DNA of 64,000 bases, from the NCBI GenBank assembly GCA_963734535.1, contig CAVTHS010000014.1, positions 275,654-339,653 on the forward strand, given 5' to 3'. The DNA is from an uncultured Chloroflexia bacterium. Its GTDB lineage: Bacteria; Chloroflexota; Limnocylindria; Limnocylindrales; CSP1-4. The notes under the pieces are model-generated. The model searched no databases. It saw nothing but the letters and a program-made list of their open reading frames with translations, and was not told the DNA's origin. Shown piece after piece: positions 49,661 through 59,476 of the stretch (position 1 is the first letter of the stretch; the number at the start of each line of letters is the position of its first letter). The position numbers and the translations under genes were made by a program.

Positions 49661-51229
49661 ATGCGCATCGATACTCCCGCCTGGGTCCGGGACGCCGTCT
49701 TCTACCAGGTCTTTCCCGACCGGTTCGCGCGCTCGGCCCGCGTCGCGAAGCCCGGGTCGCTGGAGGCGTGGGACGCGCCGCCCACCGGCCACGGATTCAA
49801 GGGAGGCGACCTGCTGGGGATCGTCGAGCACCTCGACCAGCTCGCCGACCTGGGCGTCACGGCGCTCTACCTGACGCCGGTGTTCAGCTCCGCGTCGAAC
49901 CACCGCTACCACACCTACGACTACCTGTCGGTCGATCCGCTGCTCGGCGGGACGCCGGCCCTGCGGGAGCTCGTGGATGCCCTGCACGCGCGCGGGATGC
50001 GGATCGTGCTCGATGGCGTCTTCAACCACACCGGGCGCGGCTTCTGGCCCTTCCACCACGTCCTGGAGAACGGGCTCGCCTCCCCGTATGCAGGCTGGTT
50101 CCACCTGGACCGGGAGCGCCTGGCGGCCGGCCGCGGCCTCGATGCATATCCCGACCGGGCGGCGGCCCGGGCCAATGGCTCGGCCAACGCGCAGGCGCAC
50201 GGCGGCGGCGCCACCTCGATCGAACAGCTCGGGTATCGGGCGTGGTGGGACATGCCGGCCCTGCCCAAGCTCAACACCGATGACCCTGGCGTCCGCGAGT
50301 ACCTCTTGTCCGTGGCGACGCACTGGCTCGCGTTCGGGATCGACGGGTGGCGCCTGGACGTCCCCACCGAGATCGAGGACGAGGCGTTCTGGCAGGAGTT
50401 CCGGCGACGCTGCCGAGCCGTGAACCCCGAGGCGTACCTGGTGGGGGAGATCTGGGACGTTGCGCCGGAATGGGTCCGCGGCGACCGCTTCGACGCCCTG
50501 ATGAACTACCCGCTCATGGAGGCGATCGTCGGGTTCGTGGGCGGGCCATCGCTCGACACGGCGCTGGTCGCCTCCCACCACGAGCTCTCGATGCACGTCC
50601 GACCCTCGGACGCGGCGACCTTCGCGTCGGCGGTCCTCGCCCAGGCCGCGGCGTACGCACCGGGGACGGTCGCGTCGCAGCTCAACCTGCTCTCCTCGCA
50701 CGACATGCCCCGCGTCCGGACCCTGCTGTCGGGCGATGTCGCGGCGGTTCGCCTCGCTGTCCTGCTCCAGATGACGCTGCCCGGCGCGCCCTGCGTCTAC
50801 TACGGCGACGAGATCGGGATGGAAGGCGGCAACGACCCCGACTGCCGCCGTTCGTTCCCGGTCGGTGCAGCCGGGCGCGACGAGGCGCTCCGCGCGACCT
50901 TTCGCGACCTGATCGCGCTGCGGCGGACGCACCCCGCGCTGCGTGCCGACGGGTTGCGCGTGGCCGGGGCCGCGGGTGCGGGCGTGGCGCTCCTGCGAGG
51001 CGGTGCGGGCGACCCGACGTCCGGCGGCGAGACGCTCGTCGTCGTCGTGAATGCCGGAACGGAGCCCGCCACGATCGAGCTGGCGGTCCCGGAGCTTGCC
51101 GGGCGGCGCCTCGTCGCGCTCGGCGTGGTGGGGCTACCGGCGGGGGCGCCCGTGGACGTCGCCGTGGACGGGACAGCCTCGGTGGGGGCCGCCGCGCGAT
51201 CGGGGATCGTCCTGTCCGCGGTGGGTTGA
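49661..51229 (+). CDS. GH13 neopullulanase/cyclomaltodextrinase-like enzyme
   Basis: YQVFPDRF, DGVFNH, GWRLDV, GEIW, SSHD, YYGDE. Confidence 0.93.
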   Translation: MRIDTPAWVRDAVFYQVFPDRFARSARVAKPGSLEAWDAPPTGHGFKGGDLLGIVEHLDQLADLGVTALYLTPVFSSASNHRYHTYDYLSVDPLLGGTPALRELVDALHARGMRIVLDGVFNHTGRGFWPFHHVLENGLASPYAGWFHLDRERLAAGRGLDAYPDRAAARANGSANAQAHGGGATSIEQLGYRAWWDMPALPKLNTDDPGVREYLLSVATHWLAFGIDGWRLDVPTEIEDEAFWQEFRRRCRAVNPEAYLVGEIWDVAPEWVRGDRFDALMNYPLMEAIVGFVGGPSLDTALVASHHELSMHVRPSDAATFASAVLAQAAAYAPGTVASQLNLLSSHDMPRVRTLLSGDVAAVRLAVLLQMTLPGAPCVYYGDEIGMEGGNDPDCRRSFPVGAAGRDEALRATFRDLIALRRTHPALRADGLRVAGAAGAGVALLRGGAGDPTSGGETLVVVVNAGTEPATIELAVPELAGRRLVALGVVGLPAGAPVDVAVDGTASVGAAARSGIVLSAVG

Positions 51230-51247
51230 GCCTATACTCGGATTCTC

Positions 51248-51883
51248 GTGGCAGATCTCCCCTTCGAGCCGGCGGACGCCGGGAGCGTGCAGCAGCTTCT
51301 CCGGGTCGTCGACGCCGAGGGCAAGATTCCGCGGGCGCTCGACGCCCACGGTCCATTTGCCGGTCGGGACGTGACCCTCTTCGGCGCGTCCCCCGAGCGT
51401 GAGCGCTGGCTGACGGAGGCCGGCGCCCGGTTGACCGTGGTGGCGGACCCCACAGGCGAGCACGAGTGGCCGTCCGCGGCGAGTGCGGATGTCGTGATGG
51501 CCTTCTGGGCCGCCTTCGACGGCCCAGACCGCGCGAACCAGCTCGCGAATGCGGAGCGGCTCCTGCGACCCGACGGCCGGCTCCTCGTCGTGCTGGACTA
51601 CGGCCGCGACGACCTCGACGTGATCCGGGGACCGGAGGTGGCCGCGAGCCTGGTGGCGTCGAGCCGCCGCGACGGCTGGTTCCTGGGCCGCGGGTTCCGC
51701 GTTCGCGTGATCCACACGTTCTGGCGCTTCGAGACGATCGAGGAAGGCGGCGAGCTGCTCCGGGCGGCCTACGGGCCGGCCGCGGAGCCGGCGATCGAAC
51801 GGCTGCGCCGCCCGCGTATCGCGCACAACGTGGCGATCTACCACTGGACGCGCGACCTCGGCGCGGCGACGAAGACAGGCTGA
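51248..51883 (+). CDS. hypothetical protein, methyltransferase-like C-terminal half
   Basis: AERLLRPDGRLLVV motif; no clear GxG SAM-binding loop. Confidence 0.6.
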   Translation: MADLPFEPADAGSVQQLLRVVDAEGKIPRALDAHGPFAGRDVTLFGASPERERWLTEAGARLTVVADPTGEHEWPSAASADVVMAFWAAFDGPDRANQLANAERLLRPDGRLLVVLDYGRDDLDVIRGPEVAASLVASSRRDGWFLGRGFRVRVIHTFWRFETIEEGGELLRAAYGPAAEPAIERLRRPRIAHNVAIYHWTRDLGAATKTG

Positions 51884-51972
51884 CGGCAGGTCGATCGATG
51901 GATCCACGACGCCAGGTCTCGCCACGCGCGCCCGATGGAACGCGTCGCCGGACCGGCCTCCACATCGGGTCG

Positions 51973-52278
51973 ATGCGCGTCACTCCGACCCGGGTCTTCC
52001 TGGCGGTCGCGTTCCTGGGTTCGATGCTCTACCTGGTCTACGCGGTCAACGTCCGCGACACGACGCAGATTCCCGCCCTGGCCTCCGGGGCGCTGGTGCT
52101 GGGGCTGGTGTTCGGGATGCTCGCGACCGTGGGCGGGTTCGAGACGTACCAGGCCTCGCGCGGCAACCGTCCCGCCCGGTCGGTCGTGGCGGCCGTCCTG
52201 GGCGGCATCGCCGGGGTGATCGCCCTGGCCTGCTTCGCGGCCGCGGCGATCCTCGCGATCCTCTCGAAGGCGCCCTGA
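51973..52278 (+). CDS. small 3-TM membrane protein
   Basis: Hydrophobic C-terminal part of ORF 51466-52278. Confidence 0.65.
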   Translation: MRVTPTRVFLAVAFLGSMLYLVYAVNVRDTTQIPALASGALVLGLVFGMLATVGGFETYQASRGNRPARSVVAAVLGGIAGVIALACFAAAAILAILSKAP

Positions 52279-52361
52279 GGAGGGCCAGGACCCCTGAGGT
52301 GCCGATCGCCTGCGTGACGCGGGCCGCGCTCCGGGCCCTGCTAGACTCGGCGCCGTCCAGC

Positions 52362-52435
52362 GCCCCCATCGTCTAGAGGCCTAGGACGCCACCCTTTCAA
52401 GGTGGAGATCAGGGGTTCGAATCCCCTTGGGGGTA
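52362..52435 (+). tRNA. tRNA-Glu (TTC), CCA not encoded
   Basis: Acceptor GCCCCCA/TGGGGGT, anticodon arm CCACC-CTTTCAA-GGTGG, T-loop GGTTCGAATCC; upstream TGCTAGACT extended -10. Confidence 0.96.
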
Positions 52436-52604
52436 CTCCCGCTGTCGTTTGAAGCGCTTCCGGACGGCGCCGGGGATGTCCTTGCGGTCCTCGGCACGTA
52501 CCGGCACTGCCCGGTCGGCCGGTCACGACGCCACACGGTGCAGAGCTTCATGGCTCCCGTCGGCTGTCCACACTGGGAGCGAGCCACACTTGGAGCGAGC
52601 CACG

Positions 52605-54917
52605 ATGGGCAACGTCACCGCGACTCGTGGGAACCTGCCGGCCGAGCTGACGAGCTTCATCGGCCGACGCCACCATGTCCAGGAGGTCAAGTCCGCCCTG
52701 ACCACTGCCCGCCTGGTGACCCTCGTGGGACCTGGCGGGGTGGGCAAGACGCGACTCGCACTCAGGGCGGCGACGGACCTCAGGCGCGGCATCCCGGATG
52801 GTGTGTGGCTCGTGGAGCTCGCCGGTCTGCGGGATGCCGAGCTCGTGCCCAAGGCGGTCATGACCTCGCTCGGTCTCCGCGATGAATTGAGCCTTTGGCC
52901 AGTATCCAGGCTCATCGAGCACGTCGCCTCCAGGCGACTGCTGCTCGTCCTCGACAACTGCGAGCATCTTCTCGATGCCTGCGCGGTGCTCGCTGATGCC
53001 GTTCTGCGTGAGGCGCCGTCGCTGCGGATCCTTGCCACCAGCAGCCAGCCCCTCGGCGTGCCGGGCGAGACGGTCGTCCAGATTGGCCCGTTGTCGATCC
53101 CGGACCCTGATGGGCGAACGGCGCCGGACCGGATCGCGAAGTCCGAGGCTGTCGCCCTGCTCGTCGAGCGTGCACGAGAGGCCGGCTCAGCCATCGAGGT
53201 CACGCCGGAGAACTGCGACGCCCTCGTCCAGCTTGTTCGTCGCCTGGACGGGATCCCTCTGGCTATCGAGCTCGCAGCCGTGCGACTTCGCACTCTTGGC
53301 CTCGATCAGCTGGTCGAGCGCCTCAGCGACCGCTTCCGTTTGCTGGTGGGAGGTAGCAGGACCGCACCGCTGCGCCATCAGACTCTCGAGGCAACCATCG
53401 CCTGGAGTCACGATCTGCTGGGTCACGATGAACGAGCTGTCCTGAGGCGCCTGTCGGTGTTCCCCGGGTCGTTCAGCCTGGAGGCGGCCGAGCAGGTAGG
53501 CCGGGCTGGTACGGCGACGCCGACCGGGGTGATGGACGTCCTGACCTCCCTCGTCGAGCGCTCATTTGTCGTCCGCGAGGGAACCAGTCGAAGGGCGCGT
53601 TATCGATTGCACGAGACCATGCGCGAGTTTGCGCTGACGCGGCTCCGCGAAGCCGACGAGGAGGCGGCCGCCAGGGGCGCGCACCTCTCCCTGTTCTCGA
53701 GCCTCTGCCGGTTCACCGAATTCGACATCCCAGCGCCAGACGGCGCGTCCGTGCTCGCTTCGCTTGACGAGCTGGATCTCGAAGCAGACAACCTCCGGGC
53801 CGCATTGGGGCACTGCCTCGCCGACCCGGATGGCACGGAACGTGGCCTGACGATGGCGGCTGGTCTTGGCCAATACTGGAGATACCGAGCGCTGACTGAG
53901 GGCGCCCGCTGGATGGATGCGGTCCTTGCCCGGCGTGGTGGCGACGACGCCATCCGAGGGCGAGCATTGGACGTCAAGGTCTCCCTCGCCGTTGCGCAGG
54001 GGGATCATGCGGCGGGCCTGGAGGCCGCGGCTGAGGCCACCGCGATTGCTCGACGCCTCGGGGCTGACGCCTTGCTTGTGCGGATCCTCGCGAACCAGGC
54101 AGCCTTGCACGTGATTGCCGGCGACGGATCGGCAGCGCGCGCGACCTCCGCCGACGCCACCGCCCTCGCTGCTCGTCTCGGCGACGACATGTCCTTCATC
54201 GTCGCAGCGCAGTCCGAGGCATTCATCGCCTTCCTCGACGGCGACTTTGCCCGGATGCGCGATGTCGGACTTGCCGCTGCCGCGCGTTGTCGCCGGATCA
54301 ATGAATACTTCGTGCTCAGCGTGCACCTTACGAGTGCCGGGACGGGCGCCCTCATGCTCGGGGAGCATGCCGCGGCCGAGGCGGCACTGACCGAGGCGCT
54401 GCGTGCCACCGTCGTCATCGACGACCGCCCTGGTCTGGTGCTACGGATCCAGGCGCTCGCCAACAGCGCCGCGATGGCAGGCAGAGCGCAGCGTGCCGCA
54501 GAGCTCCTGGGGGCAGCTGAGATGCTGCGACTTCAAATCGGCGCACAGGTGAGCCCGTTCATGGGTCCACTTGCTGAGAAGGCCCAGGAACAGGCCAAGT
54601 CCGAGCTCGGCGAAGACCGCTTCAAGCGGGGGTTTGACGCGGGAGCGCGCCTCGATCGGGAAGGTGCCGTGGCTCTGGCGCTCGGAGAGAGGGTGGTACG
54701 AGACACGGGCTCTTCGATGGACAAGGCCCCCAATCCGCTTGGCAAGCGCGAGCGGGAGGTCGCGGAGCTCATTGCCGAGGGGTTGAGCAACAAGGAGATC
54801 GCGACTCGACTATTCCTTTCCGAGCGCACTGTCGAGACCCACGTCTACAACATGCTCAACAAGCTCGGGTTCAACTCGAGGGTCAGCATCGCCTCCTGGG
54901 TGTCGACCGCCGAGTAG
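52605..54917 (+). CDS. ATPase-TPR-LuxR HTH transcriptional regulator
   Basis: NLPAELTSFIGR, GPGGVGKT, LDNCEH, C-terminal GLSNKEIA..SERTVETHV. Confidence 0.93.
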   Translation: MGNVTATRGNLPAELTSFIGRRHHVQEVKSALTTARLVTLVGPGGVGKTRLALRAATDLRRGIPDGVWLVELAGLRDAELVPKAVMTSLGLRDELSLWPVSRLIEHVASRRLLLVLDNCEHLLDACAVLADAVLREAPSLRILATSSQPLGVPGETVVQIGPLSIPDPDGRTAPDRIAKSEAVALLVERAREAGSAIEVTPENCDALVQLVRRLDGIPLAIELAAVRLRTLGLDQLVERLSDRFRLLVGGSRTAPLRHQTLEATIAWSHDLLGHDERAVLRRLSVFPGSFSLEAAEQVGRAGTATPTGVMDVLTSLVERSFVVREGTSRRARYRLHETMREFALTRLREADEEAAARGAHLSLFSSLCRFTEFDIPAPDGASVLASLDELDLEADNLRAALGHCLADPDGTERGLTMAAGLGQYWRYRALTEGARWMDAVLARRGGDDAIRGRALDVKVSLAVAQGDHAAGLEAAAEATAIARRLGADALLVRILANQAALHVIAGDGSAARATSADATALAARLGDDMSFIVAAQSEAFIAFLDGDFARMRDVGLAAAARCRRINEYFVLSVHLTSAGTGALMLGEHAAAEAALTEALRATVVIDDRPGLVLRIQALANSAAMAGRAQRAAELLGAAEMLRLQIGAQVSPFMGPLAEKAQEQAKSELGEDRFKRGFDAGARLDREGAVALALGERVVRDTGSSMDKAPNPLGKREREVAELIAEGLSNKEIATRLFLSERTVETHVYNMLNKLGFNSRVSIASWVSTAE

Positions 54918-55184
54918 GTGCGGGCCCGCGAGGTGGGTGATCTCGCGGATCCGCCCGGGCGGCAAGAGGGCCACGCTTACCGCGTGTCGCGCCGCCTCGA
55001 TGTTCGGTGATTCGACCAGACAGACAAGCCGACCATCCTCCCGGCTCACCCCAGCAATCACCGTGCGTGCGACGGTCGCCGTCCCTCGCGTCCGGGCGTA
55101 CGCGGCGTCCAGCATCCGCAGAGCGCGCCCCAGCTCGCGTTCTCCCGCGTCCGCCATGGGGACCTCGACCAAGAAGTTCGGCAC
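54810..55184 (-). CDS. small DUF4242-like protein (tentative)
   Basis: PNFLVE..., CLVESPNIEAAR pattern; overlaps the LuxR gene 3' end. Confidence 0.45.
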   Translation of the reverse strand: MPNFLVEVPMADAGERELGRALRMLDAAYARTRGTATVARTVIAGVSREDGRLVCLVESPNIEAARHAVSVALLPPGRIREITHLAGPHLLGGRHPGGDADPRVEPELVEHVVDVGLDSALGKE

Positions 55185-55378
55185 GGCCCTGATGATCGGT
55201 GGCTTCGCCCCGCACGACATCGCGGGGAACACCGAGCCGGTACGTAGTGTCCAGGCCCTGGCGATCTCTAAGTGCCGCGTACGTGTTCGTCCGGATGAAG
55301 CTGCCGAGCGCCCTGCGTAGCGTGCGGTATGCGCATTCCGGTCAGTAGCGCTGCCGGCCCAACGGAGAGGAGCGTCCC

Positions 55379-56371
55379 ATGCAAGCAGTCGTCCAGGACA
55401 CCTACGGCACGGAAGCAGTCCTGCAGTCCCGCGAGATTCCGAAGCCAGTGATCGCCGACAACGAGGTGCTGGTCCGCGTCCACGCGGCGTCGGTCCACGT
55501 CGGTGACTCGATCCTCATGTCGGGCTCGCCCTACGTCATGCGGATGGCCACCGGGCTGCGGAGGCCGAAGAACCGGGTCCCGGGCACGGACATCGCGGGG
55601 ACGGTCGAGGCGGTCGGCACGGACGTGAAGGGCCTGCGGCCCGGCGACGAGGTCTTCGGGTGGTGCACGGGCGCGTTCGCCGAGTACGCGTCGGCGAGCG
55701 AGGACCAGTTCGTGCCCAAGCCGGCCAACCTCACCTTCGAGCAGGCGGCAGCCGTCGGGGTATCGGCGACCACCGCCCTCCAGATCCTGCGCGATGACGG
55801 GCATATCCAGCCCGGGCAGAAGGTGCTCATCAACGGGGCGTCGGGCGGCGTGGGCACGTTTGCCGTCCAGATCGCCAAGGCGTTCGGCGCCGAGGTGACT
55901 GGCGTGACCAGCACCAAGAACCTGGACCTGGTCCGCTCGATCGGGGCCGACCACGTCGTCGACTACACCAGGGAGGACTTCCGGAAGGGCGGACCGCGCT
56001 ACGACTTCATCCTCGACAACGTCGGGGACCGCTCCATGGCCGAGACGAGGCGAGCGCTCACCCCAACCGGGACGCTGCTCTCCAACGGTGGAGGACATGC
56101 TGGCGGCAAGCTCAGCCGCGTGATCCGGGCCACGGTGGCGTCCATGTTCGTGCGCCAGCAGGGCAAGCCAACCGTCAAGACGCAGAACCGGGCCGACCTG
56201 GTCGCCCTCAAGCAGCTCGTCGACGCCGGGAAGGTCACACCCGTGATCGACGCCACCTACTCCCTGCGCGAGACTCCCACGGCGATCGGTCGTGTGGCGG
56301 CTGGACACGCGCGAGGAACCGTCGTCATCGCCGTGTCGCCCGATTCGGCAGCGACCCCGGCCGCGGCCTGA
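55379..56371 (+). CDS. zinc-independent MDR oxidoreductase (NAD(P)-dependent)
   Basis: GTDIAG, GAFAEY, INGASGGVG. Confidence 0.92.
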   Translation: MQAVVQDTYGTEAVLQSREIPKPVIADNEVLVRVHAASVHVGDSILMSGSPYVMRMATGLRRPKNRVPGTDIAGTVEAVGTDVKGLRPGDEVFGWCTGAFAEYASASEDQFVPKPANLTFEQAAAVGVSATTALQILRDDGHIQPGQKVLINGASGGVGTFAVQIAKAFGAEVTGVTSTKNLDLVRSIGADHVVDYTREDFRKGGPRYDFILDNVGDRSMAETRRALTPTGTLLSNGGGHAGGKLSRVIRATVASMFVRQQGKPTVKTQNRADLVALKQLVDAGKVTPVIDATYSLRETPTAIGRVAAGHARGTVVIAVSPDSAATPAAA

Positions 56372-56520
56372 CGGAGACGCAGCAGCGAAGTCGTCCCAGC
56401 GCCGCCGGGCGCCCTTGGGACCCGCGCGCGCAAGGCACCAAGCGAGCCAGCCAAGACATCGACCCGAAGCACCCCCGACCAATCACGGTCGTTCGACTGC
56501 AATTTCGAAAGGAGACCTCC

Positions 56521-56937
56521 ATGTCCAAGGCAACAGTCACCAGGCTTTTCATCGGCGGCGGGCTCGCCGTCATCGCGGGCGCCATCCTGGCAATCGTGAC
56601 CGTGTCGATCGCGAACGCGAACGACGTGTTCGTCATGAACGGCCCCGACATCGTGGGGATCCGGGGAAGCGCGCTCGCGTGGCTGATGCTCCCGCTCGGC
56701 ATCGCGGGCGGCCTCGCGATTGCGGGCGGCCTGGTTGCCGGCCTCATCGGCTGGATCGGAGCCCTGCTGGACACCTGGAAGCTCGACAACAAGACGTGGT
56801 TTGCCTTCCTGCTCGTGCTGGGGATCTTCAACGTCGGCTTCTTCGCGATGGTCGCGTACCTCGTCGCCGGGCCGGATGGCGCGCCCGGCGCGGCCGTCCA
56901 GGGGACGGAGGCCTCCCCCCGCCCTACGCCTGCATGA
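56521..56937 (+). CDS. small membrane protein
   Basis: AAAGGAG RBS, three hydrophobic segments. Confidence 0.75.
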   Translation: MSKATVTRLFIGGGLAVIAGAILAIVTVSIANANDVFVMNGPDIVGIRGSALAWLMLPLGIAGGLAIAGGLVAGLIGWIGALLDTWKLDNKTWFAFLLVLGIFNVGFFAMVAYLVAGPDGAPGAAVQGTEASPRPTPA

Positions 56938-57012
56938 CACGCATCAATTCGTGATGCCTCCGGGTGGGCGCCGGCAACGATGCCGGCGCCCACCGCTGAA
57001 AGGGCGAGAGTC

Positions 57013-57918
57013 ATGGTCGACAACCACACGTCGATGGCAGGCAGGACCGTCCTGATCACCGGCGGAAGCGCCGGCATCGGCAAGGCCACTGCCGTCGGGC
57101 TCGCAGCCCTGGGCGCCCGGGTGGCCATCACCGGCCGCGACCGGTCGCGCGCCGAGGCTGCCGCGGTCGAGATCCGCACCGCGACGGGCAATCCGCACGT
57201 GGACGCGTTCGGCGCCGACCTGTCGTCACAGGTGGAGGTCCGCCGCCTCGCCGCAGAGGTGCTCGTCGCGTACCCGCGCCTGGACGTGCTGATCAACAAC
57301 GTCGGTGGGTACTGGGCCACGCGCCACGTCACAGCCGATGGCCTCGAGCACACCTTCGCCGTGAACCACCTGGCCGCGTTCCTGCTTACCAACCTGATGC
57401 TGGATCGCCTGAAAGCCAGTGCACCGGCGCGCGTCGTCACGGTGTCGTCCAATGCCCAGTCGTTGGGCACGATCGACTTCGTCGACCTGCAGGGAAAGCG
57501 CCGCTACTCCGGGCAGGCGGCCTACAACCAGTCGAAGCTGGCCAGCGTTCTGTTCACCTACGAGCTGGCTCGTCGCCTCGAGGGCACCGGCGTGACGGCC
57601 ACGGTGCTCCACCCCGGTGTCGTGAACAGCGGCTTCGGAGCCGAAGATCCCTCGCGGGTCTTCAAGTTCCTCGTGCCGCTGTGGCGACCGTTCATGAAGA
57701 CGCCGCAGCAGGGCGCGGCGACTTCGATCTACCTGGCGTCTTCGCCCGAGGTGGAGGGCGCAACCGGGATGTATTTCGCCAAGAGCAGGCCGCAGTGCTC
57801 CAGCACGACGTCATACGACGAAAGCACGGCAGGACGCCTGTGGCGGATCAGCGCCCGCCTGGTCGACCTCGACGGTGAGTCGGCCCGGCAGGTCGGCCGA
57901 GCAGTGTCGAATGACTGA
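57013..57918 (+). CDS. SDR family oxidoreductase (retinol dehydrogenase-like)
   Basis: TGGSAGIG, NNVG, YNQSK, HPGVV. Confidence 0.93.
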   Translation: MVDNHTSMAGRTVLITGGSAGIGKATAVGLAALGARVAITGRDRSRAEAAAVEIRTATGNPHVDAFGADLSSQVEVRRLAAEVLVAYPRLDVLINNVGGYWATRHVTADGLEHTFAVNHLAAFLLTNLMLDRLKASAPARVVTVSSNAQSLGTIDFVDLQGKRRYSGQAAYNQSKLASVLFTYELARRLEGTGVTATVLHPGVVNSGFGAEDPSRVFKFLVPLWRPFMKTPQQGAATSIYLASSPEVEGATGMYFAKSRPQCSSTTSYDESTAGRLWRISARLVDLDGESARQVGRAVSND

Positions 57919-58240
57919 GCCGGCCTGATGGGCACCGGGGCCGCCGTCCGGTCAGGTTGGCGGCTGTGATTCTGCGCCATCAGGGGTGGGCCGGACCCTG
58001 CCGAGTCCTCGCAGCTCGGCGTCTCCAGATCTGCGCTGAGGCTGCTGCTCGGTTCGCAGAGGCCTTCCGGAGGAGAGGTCCGCCTTCGAGAAGGGGCGGC
58101 GCGGCTGGTGCCGCGACGCGCCAGATCGCGACCAACGCCTGACGTGCTCGGTACTAGCGAGTGAGGTTCCGGGCACGCCGGCGCGGTTAAGGTCAACGTG
58201 CGCGCAACCTCCAGTCGATTGCGCCATTGTCGGGTGCAGC

Positions 58241-59395
58241 GTGGAAATCGGAGCCCAGTTCTGCGAACGCTGCGGACGGGACGGCGATTCCTTCGCGTCG
58301 GCTGGCATCTCGTTCCACACCTGCTCCCGGTGCGGCGTCGCGAGCTGTTCCGATTGCTGGAACCTCGTCGCCGATGCGTGCTTGCGGTGCGTGCCATTCC
58401 GGCTGCTCGACCCGTTGATCCAGCCTCCCGTCTCTATCCAGCGGGAACCAGGCCTCACGCGGCACGGCAGGACGGGTCGCGGGATCACCGGTCCCGAGGT
58501 CGAGGGACAGCTCGTGGTGCGGGCGGTGCCGAGGATTCGCCAGGCAGACACGTGGTCGTCGGACCGCGCGACGCCGACGGCGATTGCGGCGCACCGTGGC
58601 GAGCCCAGCGGAACGTCGGCGACGGACACGGCCCCGGTCGGGGGCCGGCCCGGCCCACGCGGGGGAGCCCGCGGCGGAGGGGCCATCGCGTCGTCCGCGT
58701 TGGTCGTCGTGGCGGTCCTGGCGGTCCTGGCCTCTGGTGGATCCCCGAACCTACCGGCGCCGCTCGCAGACGCGCCCCTCTCGACACCGCCGTTCCCAGC
58801 CGACGGCCAGATGACCGTGCAGGCTGCCGGAGGCACAACGGCGCCCTCATCCGGGACGATGTCGCCTGGACGTGCAGCGACCAGCCAGGCGGGCGGCACC
58901 CCGCCGGCAATCGCGCCCAACCCACCGAGGTCGGGCCCCGGAAGCTCGTGGGTGACGGTGACGCCGGCGCCCCGCGCGAACGTGTCTCCGTCTGCGGCTC
59001 CTCCGTACGCCTCGACACCGACTCCGGGTCCGGTGGGATCGCCGACCGCGTCCCCGCCGCAGGGTTGGGGGCCGTGGCCGACGCCATACGAACCGCCGTG
59101 GGCAACCCCGGACCCGGCGCCACTCCCGACGCCGGCGCCGACCGAGTCGCCGACGCCGGCGCCGACCGAGTCGCCGACGCCTGAGCCGACCGAGTCGCCG
59201 ACCGCCGAGCCGACCGAGACGCCGACCGCCGAGCCGACCGAGACGCCGACCGCCGAGCCGACCGAGTCGCCGACGCCTGAGCCCAGTCCGACCGCCGAGC
59301 CGACCGAGACGCCGACGCCTGAGCCCACTCCGTCGCCCGAACCGAGCGCCGCCGCGACACCGGAGCCGACCGACACGCCGACGTTCGCGCCCTGA
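58241..59395 (+). CDS. 8-Cys zinc-finger N-terminus, one TM, Pro/Thr/Glu-repeat tail
   Basis: CERC..CSRC..CSDC..CLRC; ALVVVAVLAVLA; 8-aa PTE(S/T)PT repeats at about 59120-59390. Confidence 0.6.
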   Translation: MEIGAQFCERCGRDGDSFASAGISFHTCSRCGVASCSDCWNLVADACLRCVPFRLLDPLIQPPVSIQREPGLTRHGRTGRGITGPEVEGQLVVRAVPRIRQADTWSSDRATPTAIAAHRGEPSGTSATDTAPVGGRPGPRGGARGGGAIASSALVVVAVLAVLASGGSPNLPAPLADAPLSTPPFPADGQMTVQAAGGTTAPSSGTMSPGRAATSQAGGTPPAIAPNPPRSGPGSSWVTVTPAPRANVSPSAAPPYASTPTPGPVGSPTASPPQGWGPWPTPYEPPWATPDPAPLPTPAPTESPTPAPTESPTPEPTESPTAEPTETPTAEPTETPTAEPTESPTPEPSPTAEPTETPTPEPTPSPEPSAAATPEPTDTPTFAP

Positions 59396-59476
59396 CAAGC
59401 CGAGCCCCGTCGGCTTCGCCGCCTCGTCGATCAACCTCGCCCGGGCTCGATCACGTGGCCGATCCGCGTTCGCTGC

